A stretch of 64,000 bases of DNA, taken from the NCBI GenBank assembly GCA_951406725.2, contig OX597827.1:40734001-40798000 (forward strand). The letters are read 5' to 3'. The notes beneath the pieces were generated by a model. It made no database searches. It saw nothing but the letters and a program-made list of their open reading frames with translations, and had not been told where the DNA came from. The translations under genes were made by a program, and so were the position numbers. Source of the DNA: Octopus vulgaris. Taxonomy: Eukaryota. Within the stretch, counting starts at the first letter, position 1. Each line of letters begins with the position of its first letter. Below are positions 53,951-64,000 of this stretch, piece by piece.

Positions 53951-54986
53951 TATATATATATATATATATATATATAATAAAATACAAATGGGACAAGAAC
54001 GCAAAACATCCGGACAACTAGATGATACAAAAAAGGACAACAAAACATCCGGATAGACGATACAAAAAAACAAGGACGGGTCAATCGAAGCCTTTTATCC
54101 TCAGTCAAGAACCGGATCATCCTCGCAATTTCGGCTGATTAATCTTGAGATTGCTCCAATTTGGCCAGCCTCAAGGAAAATCTAAGCTAAGAGCATATAT
54201 ATATATATATATATATAAACATTAAATATATGTTATTTATGCGTATATGTATCTATGTATATACACATTTATGTTTGCATGTAAGTGTAAATATACAAAT
54301 GCATGTGAGCGTGTGTGTGTGTGTTTGTGAGTGTGTGTGTATGCTTGCGCGCGCGCGCGCGTGTATGAAAGCGTTTACTTCATCAACACCAACAGCTGTA
54401 CCGTACTTCAAGACACAGCTAAGCTGCTATCTTTTAAGAAATGCCATTTTACTTCAGTTCCGACCAGGTGAGATATTTCTTTGACAGACTACGAAGAGTT
54501 AGACGTAGAGGGAGACGAATGATGGGTAATGGGTGAAGTGGTACCGGCCTAATTTAAACATGGGAATACATGCGCGTGCATTAAATACACACTTGAAAAT
54601 TTGTATGGATGCCTGTGCGAGTGGACGCATGCCAGGATGTGAATAAAACTGTAGATGAGATTCATACGCCCCTCACCGTTCATTGCACATTCCCATCTAA
54701 TTTTTCATCAAATAAGAAACCTGAGTTAGTTCCCTTGACTTGAATAAATTATCATATATACTGTTCCTTTTCTTTTTTTTTTCCTTTTTTCTTTCTTTCT
54801 TTTTACTCACTTCACAAAGTCTGTTTGGTCTGTATTGTAATACATGGTTTCTAGTAGAGGCAAAAGTCCAAAGATTTTTGACGGGGTGGGGGGAATTGTC
54901 GACTGTATTGTCGTCAGTATTCGCCTTGTAAATATTTTTTTAGAATGAAAGAAGCAAGTCGATTCTGGCAGGGCTAGATGTCACTC

Positions 54987-55041
<55 letters not shown>

Positions 55042-55724
55042 TTAACAATAACAATAACAATTATTATTATTATTATTTCAAATTTTTGCCTCAAGGGCAG
55101 TTTGGGAGAGGCGGTGATGAGTTGATTATATCGACACCAGTGTTCAACTGTTACTTATTCTATCGATCCCGAAAGGCTGAAAGGCAAAGTCGACCTCGGT
55201 AGAATTTGAACTCAGAACGTAAAGACGGGCGAAATGCCGCAAAGCATTTTGCCCGGCGTGCTAACGATTCTACCAACTCGCAGCCAATAATAATAATAAT
55301 GTGGCTCCCATGGCTTCTGATCTAAACTGATTGGAGGTGTTATATCATGTACGTTGTTTGGTCTTGGTATAAAAGATGGGCTACAGCAAATATTCTGCTC
55401 GCTACCACAGATTTGCTTGTCAGTTGTTTGACCTTAACCAGTTGAGTATGTCCCTTAGTGGTTGCCGATAGGTGCATCTCTGATAATTTTGATAAGTTCA
55501 TCTCTTATAATTCTTTCTACTATAGGCACAAGGCCTGAAATTTGTGGGGAGGGGGTCAGTCGATTAGATTGACTCCAGTACATAACTGGTACTTAATTTA
55601 CCGACCCCGAAACGATGAAAGGCAAAGTCGACCTCGGCGGAATATGCACTCAGATCGTAAAAGACGGACGAAATGCCGCTAAGAATTTAGCCAGGTGTGC
55701 AAACGATTCTGGCATCTCTTCGCC

Positions 55725-55807
<83 letters not shown>

Positions 55808-55808
55808 A

Positions 55809-56075
55809 TGAACAGTGTAAAGGTTGTGGCTATAATAATTGGTGCATTGGGAACTGTAAGTAAAGATATAAACAAATGGTTGAAGAAGATTGGAATAGTA
55901 TGTCCTTTAGAGAGTCTACCGAAAGTTTGCCATTTAGGGGCAGGAAAGATTATCAGAAGGGTACTAACCACTTGAAAGACTATTGAAAGCTAGTGGATAC
56001 CTAAGGTTACAAGTAAGTAACCCGCTAATCACATAAATCCTTCCAGGAAGAACAAACCTGGGTCAAATCAATAAC
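55809..56075 (+). mobile_element. 5'-truncated R4/Dong-type (RLE) non-LTR retrotransposon 3' end in a TAA/TGA microsatellite
   Basis: VKVVAIIIGALGTVSKDINKWLKKIGI...LGAGKIIRRVL* matches the typical VxVVPIVIGALG...LGTAxILRxVL C-terminus; short 3' UTR; flanked by (TAA)n(TGA)n and (TGA)n. Confidence 0.75.
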
Positions 56076-56231
56076 AATTGATGATGACAACGACGACGAC
56101 GATGATGATGATGATGATGATGATCCTCTGCAATAAATATAAGGTCTTAAATTTAGGGGGAAGGATCTAATCGATTCCATCGACCTTAGTGCTCAACTTG
56201 TACTTATTTTATCGACCCCCGAAAGATAATA

Positions 56232-56787
56232 TTGGGTTGTCTGGAAAGTTTATGCCGATCTATAAGTAGCTTACCTTTCGACTTATTTTAGAATATGGTT
56301 GAGTCCATAAAATAGGATTTGACTACACCTCCATTTAGAGCACAGTTTAAGCTATCTTTTCGTGGAAGAAGGTTTATGTTCCTATAACCTGTGTTAATTC
56401 TGTAACCCTTTAAAATGGAAGATAAGAAAGTTCACTTTCGGCACTTGATGCTTTGGGAACCAGACAAAAATTGCTGCAGCTCGGTTGGGATGTCTCCATA
56501 TTCACTAGATATTGCTCCTTCGGATTTCCACTTATTCAGGTCTCTGCAGAATATTCTTAATAGTAAAAATTTCAATTCCTTGGATGACGTAAAAAGATAC
56601 CTTGATAAATTCTTTGCCATGAAACCACCTCAATTCTGGGAAGAGGTTATTTTCAAGTTAGAGGAAAGATGGAGATGCTTTTTGCAACAAAATGGTTCAG
56701 ATTTGGTTGATTAAAAATATAATGGCAAGTATTTATTGACCTTTTTCTTCCCTTTAAAAATCGACACGAACTTTCTGGACAACCTAT
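56232..56787 (+). mobile_element. Internally deleted mariner element
   Basis: Imperfect ~28-bp TIRs (TTGGGTTGTCTGGAAAGTTTATGCCGAT / ATCGACACGAACTTTCTGGACAACCTAT), TA on both sides, transposase remnants inside. Confidence 0.9.
56415..56714 (+). pseudogene. Mariner transposase N-terminus fused to C-terminus by internal deletion
   Basis: MEDKKVHFRHLMLWE joined to PYSLDIAPSDFHLFRSLQN...KLEERW...NG (YSPDLAPSD motif). Confidence 0.88.
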
Positions 56788-57287
56788 TACTATCCTGATC
56801 TTTTTACAAGTATTCTAACTATACAAGAGTACATTTGTAAAGCTTTTGTAGATTTGTAGATTTGATTCTAATTTTCCTTTGTTGCATTTACGTTATAGAT
56901 AGTGTTTTATGCGGAATACGGACACTTTTCGGTTGCTGGGGCGGTTGCTGGATTTCACGTATGGTAGGAAGGTCTCCTACTCAGGGTTTCCTGGTCGAAA
57001 CATTAATTTATTTGGCCATTTATCAAACTGATAAGAACAACATCGCTTGTCAGCTGCTTTAGAAGCAGATGACGTTTGGACAGGGAACTTAGCTGATCGA
57101 GTGATATTCTAGTTGTTGGAGTCTCACCACACACACACTATGTGTATGTGCGTGTGTGTGTTTGAGTGTGTGTGAGAGAGAGAGATTGTGTGTGTGTCTC
57201 CTACGACTGACAACCAGTCTTTGTGTGTTTACGTCTCCCTAACTTACCAGTTCGACAAAGGACAACCGATGGAATAAGTACCAAGGC

Positions 57288-57706
57288 TTACTCTTTTACT
57301 TGTTTCAGTCATTTGACTGTGGCCATGCTGGAGCACCGCCATTTTAGTCGAGCAAATCGACCCCAGGACTTATTCTTTGTAAGCCTAGTACTTATTCTAT
57401 CGGTCTCCTTTTGCCGGACTGCTAAGTTACGGGGACGTAAACACACCAGCACCGGTTGTCAAGCGATGTTGGGGGGGGGGACAAACACAGACACACAAAC
57501 ATATGCACAAACATTCATATATATATATATATACATATATGCGACGGGCTTCTTTCAGTTTCTGTCTACCAAATCCACTCACAAGGCTTTGGTCGGCCCG
57601 AGGCTATAGTAGAAGACACTTGCCCAAGGTGCCACGCAGTGGGACTGAACCCGGAACCATGTGGTTGGTAAGCAAGCTACTTACCACACAGCTATTCCTG
57701 CGCCTA
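57288..57706 (-). mobile_element. SINE family A, full length
   Basis: Complete head to tail; further family A fragments at 57195-57285, 57725-57820 and 58105-58458. Confidence 0.9.
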
Positions 57707-59129
57707 TAAAGAAAAAACCAAAAAAATACTAAGTACTGAGCTCGAGTCGTTCGGCTAAAACCTTTCAAAGCTCTGCCCCAGTTCGGCCGCAGTCTAATGA
57801 TTAAAACAAGAAAAAAATTAAAATAGATGAACGATAAAAGAATCTTAAGGCTTCTTCTCTCTTCCTTCGCGGGAGTAATCATGCGTTTCCAGTTAGGTTT
57901 TGGATGATGTGGTTTTAATTTATCTTTAGCTTTTCTCGCTTTCCATGTATTTTAATCTCTTTCATATAACAGAGACTCTTTCATATAACACAAGACACCA
58001 TAACGGAAGGGTTCCTATATGCTGTCATTCAATGTGCGCGATATAGCGACCAAATTTCCCTCCAACCATATCTTACCAGCTTGAAAAGAAAAATTTAAGA
58101 CCCTCTTTTATCTTTTACTTGTTCTAATCGTTAGACTACGGCCAAGCTGGGGCAACACCTTGAAAAAATTTTAGTCGAATGAAACGACCCCAGGACACTT
58201 TTTTTAAAGCCCGTTATTTATTCTATCGTCACTCATGCCGAACCGCTAAGTCGCGGCGATGTAAACACACCAACGCCGATTGTCAAGCAGCGGGGGTTAG
58301 GGGAACAAACACCGATACAAACATATATATATATATATATATATATAGTTATATATACGACGGTCTTCTTTCAATTTCCGCCTTCTAAATCCACTCACAA
58401 GGCTTTGGTCGGCCCGAGGCTATAGTAGAAGACACTTCTTACCACACGGCCACGCCTGATCCTGTGTAAATAATTTGAACCTTAAACATTCATAAATAGA
58501 CAGGATGGTCTTAGCTGGGATGTCTTGGATTAAACGCCGACTCGATCAAGAGGACCACCACCACTACCACCACATCACCACCACTACCACTACCACCACC
58601 ACCACCATCACCACTACCGCCACCACCACATCACCACCACTACCACTACCACCACCACTACCATCACCATCACCACCACCACCACCATCATCACCACCAC
58701 CATTGCCGCTGTCATCAACAGCAAACGCAATGTTAAAACAACAGCAGCAGCTTCATCAACGTTTTCATAATCAACCCCCAGCAATACCTGACATTGCAAT
58801 CACACCAAAAACTCCACCTTAACTGCGGATGCAGCCCCAGCATCCGGGTTTCTTTATATCACATCACAGCCATTCGTCCCCCACACCTGCACCTGCTTCA
58901 CCACCACAACCACCACCGCCTCCACTGCCTCCACCACCAATACTCGTCCCCGTTTTTAAAAAAATACATAATAAATAAACGTAAAACAAAACCCTCCAAA
59001 AATCCTTCCTGGCGCCTTCAATCATGCTTTTTACTTCCTCGGTTTTCTCATGCTAACTCTTCCAACTTACCTAATCTGGCGATATAAAAGCTTCAACATG
59101 TCCTTAGTTTCATTGCTATTGCTTCCTGT

Positions 59130-59141
59130 TCTTTCTTCTTT

Positions 59142-59179
<38 letters not shown>

Positions 59180-60240
59180 TTCCTTCCTTTCTTTCTTTCT
59201 TTCCTTCTTTCTTTCTTTCCTTCTTTCTTTCTTTCCTTCTTTCTTTCCTTCTTTCTTCCTTTCCTTCTTTCTTACCTTTCCTTTCTTTCTTTCCTTCTTT
59301 CCTTCTTTCTTTCTTTCCTTCTTTCTTTCTTTCCTTCTTTCTTTCCTTCTTTCTTTCTTTCTTGCCTTCTTCCTTTCTTTCCTTCTTTCTTTCTGTCTTT
59401 CTCTCTTCACACCGCCTATGCTAGCAAAAGCATTGCGAGTGTTTGGGACTCGTTACTGTTACTGATTTTGTTTTTGCGGCTGATTTTGCTGTTGTAGTGG
59501 TTGTGGTGGTTGTGGTGGTGGTGGTGGTGGTGGTGGTGGTGGTGGTGGTGGTTGTGTTCGTGGTGGTGGTGGTGTTCGTGGTGGTGGTGGTGGTGGTAGT
59601 GGTGGTGTGGTGGTGGTGGTGGTGGTGGTGGTGGTGGTGGTGGTGGTGGTGGTGGTGGTGGTGGTGGTGTTCGTGGTGGGGGTGATGATGGTGGTTGTGG
59701 CCTAGTGGTAGTGGTTGTTGTGTCGTGGTAATGGAGGTTGTGGCGTAGTGGTAGTAGTGGTTGTTGTGTTCGTGGTGGTGGTGATGATGGTGATGATGGT
59801 TGTGGCGTAGTGTGTCGTGGTAGGGGAGGTTGTGGCGTAGTGGTAGTAGTGGTTGTTGTGTTCGTCTTGATGGTGGTGGTGGTGGTGGTGGTGGTGGTGG
59901 TGGTGGTGGTGGTGGTGGTGGTGGTGGTGGTGGTGGTGGTGGTGGTGACAGTGATGACGGTTACAGTGGTGGTGATGATGGTGATGACAGTGGTGATGGT
60001 TGTAGTGGTGGTGATTGTGGTGGTGGTGGTGGTGGTGACGACAATGGTGGCAGTAGTCGTTGTTGTTGCTACTATTACCATTGTCGTTGCCGTTACTGTT
60101 TCCCCTGTTGTTCATATTGTTATTGTTATTGTTGCTGTTGTTGTTACTTCTGATGTTATTGTTGTTCTTATCGTTGCTGCTGCTGCTATCATTGTTATTT
60201 CTGTTGTTGTGTTGTTGTTGTTGTTGTTGTTATTGCTGTA
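59130..60240. repeat. (CTTT/CCTT)n followed by (GGT/GTT)n low-complexity block
   Basis: Directly visible. Confidence 0.95.
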
Positions 60241-60531
60241 GCTGCAGTCCATATTGTTGTTTAACCCATTTCACCCATGATTTAGCAAACCTGAGACCTA
60301 TGATCAAAAGCATTCCAGTCATGGCCATCCCGCCAATCTAGAGGGTATGTAAGCTCACATTATCTGTCATTCGTTGTTTTAAAAGCCGTCAGGATTCCGG
60401 GTTCAGTCCCCTGGGTGGCACTTTGGGCAAATGTCTTCTACTATAGCCTCGGACAGGCCACACCTTTATGGGTGGATTTGGTAGAGGGAAATTGAAAGAA
60501 GCCCGTCGTATATATAAATATATAATGTATG

Positions 60532-60582
<51 letters not shown>

Positions 60583-60611
60583 GGATGGCCATAAGTCTCT
60601 TTACCTATTTC

Positions 60612-60667
<56 letters not shown>

Positions 60668-60749
60668 CATTATTATTATGGTTGTTGTTGTTGTTATTAA
60701 GGTGGCTATTCACAATACACACACACACATGCACACACACACACACACG

Positions 60750-60815
<66 letters not shown>

Positions 60816-61299
60816 TGTATCGTTGCTATCGTGCAAAGGTGTCGTAAATCCAAAACTTTGCTTTTTCAGGGAACGAAGAAATAGTTTCACCATTCCATTT
60901 CTTTGTACATTAGCAACAGTTTCAGCTTAACAATAATACTTTGTTGAGTGGCAGGAAATCGTAACTCCATGCATGTATGATATTGTCAATCAGAAATATT
61001 TCTGCAAGACTCTCTTATGCGGGACTTACTACACTTTTGAAAAATGCTAAGCCATTGTAGTACACTTTGACAATTTTCATATCTTGGCATCTGAAGTACC
61101 TGGAGATACGATAGTTTGACCAAAAGAACCAGCTGTTGCGAGCAAAAATAAATATTGAAAAAGAACGCATTTGGCCAAATTTGGACATACGACAGTTTAA
61201 CATTATAGCAATGATAGATAGATAGATAGTCAGATAATATATAGAGATATGTATGTGTATGTATACATATGTGTATGTATACATATGTGTATATATATG

Positions 61300-61361
<62 letters not shown>

Positions 61362-61708
61362 TACATATATACACACACACTTGTGTATGCTCGCGCACGC
61401 GCGCCTTTGGGCATGTGTGTGTGAGGGTTGTTTGTGCTTATTCCCCACCGCTGTATGATAACCGGTGTTGGCTTGTTTATGTAACGCCTAATTCAGCAGT
61501 TCGGCAAAAAGATACCGGGGTCTGTTTGTTCGACTAAATCCTTCAAGGCGGTCCCCCAGCATGGCCACGGTTCAATGATCGGATCAAGTAAAAGACAGAA
61601 GAAATATCATTGCTACCAGTCATTTTGTTCAACCGATTTGGTTATCATTTAACGTAAATAAAAAGGGGGGGGGGGCGGAGACTTCAAACATTTGATAATA
61701 GAAAAATT

Positions 61709-61803
61709 AACTCGTTGTGACACGAATTAAGACATATGACTCGTTGCGACATATATTAAGATATACCACTCACTCTTTGTGACATAGATTAAGATGTATC
61801 ACT
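61709..61803 (+). repeat. Three copies of an ~29-bp tandem unit (actcgttgtgacatagattaagatatatc)
   Basis: Units start near 61710, 61739 and 61772. Confidence 0.75.
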
Positions 61804-62628
61804 GAGTATTGGGGAAAACATTTAAAGGTTAAAAAAACATTGCCTTCTCATTAAGAATAGGCGTGGCAAATAACAAGTCGATATATCTTTGTCTGAGAGT
61901 AAAGAGCTTCTTGTATTTGTCGTAAACAACAACGACTTTGTTGCCTTTATTGTTGTATTTTTTTTAAAATTCAAACTCGATTTTTTTTTTCTTCGTTGCG
62001 AGTTCGAATCCCACTGAAGTTGACTTTTGATGAATAGGATGAAGCAAGAACTAATTTGTTTGTTTTTTTAATGGCTTATTCAGAGGAGGAAGAGTAATGC
62101 CTACAATCCTTTCAGAGCCTCTGTGCCAAACTAAAGCAGCGGATCTCAAGTAGAGTCTATATGGGCCTTGGGGTGGGGTGGGGGTGGGGTGTTCATATAA
62201 GATTTTGTTGTTAAAATTTATTTGCAATAAATAGCTTATGCACAAAATCGTTAATTTTATTTTACAATATTCCTAATAAGGTATGTCTGTATAAGAAGAA
62301 GTCCAACCGCATGGTTCCAGGTTCAGTCCCACTGGGTGTTCCTTTGGGCAAAGCCTTGCGAGTAGATTTCGTAGGCGGAAACTACAAGTAACCCATCATA
62401 TATATATATACATACATACATACAAGTAGTATATTGAAGTAGAATAGTATTTAACTGCTATTTCTAAATTTCGGTATGTGGTGAAGCAATTTTGCTAAGC
62501 CCTAATTATAATTATGTTTATAATTATAATATTACTTGTATAAGTTTACCGATAAAGGTTCTTTTAACATACCGAACTACTTGGTACGATTGCTAATTAT
62601 AAATTGATTAATTAATTTTACCCTTTAT

Positions 62629-62704
<76 letters not shown>

Positions 62705-63617
62705 GTGTGTGTATGTGTGTGCCTATGTCCCCCACCACTGGTTAGGCAAAAATTACTGTGATCGATTTGTTCGACTAAAACTCTTCAAGGCGGTGCCCCA
62801 GCATGGCCGCAGTCAAATGACTGAAGCAAGTAAAAAAAAAGATCTAAGAGTAGTATTTGATTATAAAAAAAAACAGTAGCATCATTTCTTTTTATATACG
62901 TCGAACGACTATGAAGGTCCGGGTGAGTATAATAGGGACCAAAGGGATCTGTAAGCCAAAAAAATCACTGGTCTAGAGGAATAAAGATTGTTTATCTCTG
63001 GATGCCTGTCCCCAATCCATACAACAGATCAAACTCAGCTAGGTAATGATAATAAACCTGGCAAAGGGTTCAACACAGTTTCCGCCTCCAAATTCTACTC
63101 ACAAGTCCTTGGTCGACCCGAAGTTATGGTAGAAGACACTTGCTCAATGTGCCGTGTATTAGGATCGAAACCGAGACCACATAGTTGCTAATCGAACTTC
63201 TCAACCACACAGCCATACCCGTACCCAATGTGTTATGCCTTCCCCCATATTAATCTTTGTTCTAGTATCAAGGTGTAAGGTCATTATTATCACCTCACTA
63301 AACAGGAAGCTCTTGAAGATAATCACTTTGACTGTATAGAGTAACACCAGGAAGATAATCCCAGATTACGAGACCTGCTTTTAGTATTCACCTGTTTTTT
63401 TTTATGACGGTAAGGTAAAATTTGAAGGAGATTTGGTTTATATTTCTAGCTGGTTGACGACTACAGAGAGGCTTCTTTCTTATGTAGCCAGGGATAAACA
63501 TTCTCTATTCCTCTAGACCAGTGATTCTCAACCATTTTGCTCGATTAGGCCTGACATGAATTTATTCTACAGCAACTCAGGTTCCCAAAACATCATGCCA
63601 TTATTTTTACTTGTTTT

Positions 63618-63835
63618 AAGGCGGCGAGCTGGCAGAATAGTTAGCACGCCGGGCGAAATGCTTCGTAGCATTTCGTCCGTCTTTACATTCTGAGTTCAAA
63701 TTACGCCGAGGTCGACTTATCCTTTCGGAGTCGATAAAATAAGAACCAGTTGAACATTTGTATCGATGTATTCGATTTATCCACCCCACAACCGCCCAGA
63801 GCTTGCTGACCTTGTGGCAAAATTTGAAAGCATTA
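63618..63835 (+). mobile_element. SINE family B monomer
   Basis: AAGGCGGCGAGCTGGCAGAA head, B box GAGTTCAAATT, body and tail2-like end. Confidence 0.8.
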
Positions 63836-64000
63836 TTTGTTTGCTTGTTTTAATCATTGGAGAGTGGCTAAGCTGGAGCACCATTCCGAAGGATTTAGCC
63901 AAACAGATCCATCCTAATACTTATCTTTTTGTCTGGTGCCTTAGTTATAGTCTTAGTCTATCGGTGTCTTATTGTCAAACCGATATGTTACGATAACGTA

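Noticed and set aside
60960-61210. Unique-looking segment with ORFs on the minus strand
   Set aside because: No recognisable motif or splice structure in any frame.
61709-61803. CRISPR-like periodicity
   Set aside because: Head-to-tail minisatellite without unique spacers, in a eukaryotic context.

Overview
Eukaryotic, AT-rich, extremely microsatellite-dense non-coding DNA. The SINE repertoire and (TA)n/(CA)n/(TACA)n load suggest an octopus (coleoid cephalopod) genome; this is an inference from pattern recognition. No intact protein-coding gene is supported, and nearly all listed ORFs are translated microsatellites or SINEs. Supported features: one tRNA-Leu(AAG) gene; dozens of copies of four or more tRNA-derived SINE families; relics of CR1, RTE and R4/Dong-type LINEs; an internally deleted mariner; a hAT-derived element; and a Penelope-like GIY-YIG endonuclease fragment. 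The main hidden signal is a set of about a dozen type I hammerhead ribozyme motifs from several unrelated short non-coding families. Most abut (TA)n tracts and sit in Penelope-style direct or inverted repeat architectures. Two have intact canonical folds with long helix II (20396-20486, 51626-51720), one has a G3:C8 compensatory core swap (20919-20968, minus), one subfamily carries a recurrent A6U core, and one unit couples a tRNA-like Pol III head to a hammerhead. Long fold-back palindromes centred on (TA)n are also present. All folds were derived by eye, and boundaries of repeat copies are approximate.
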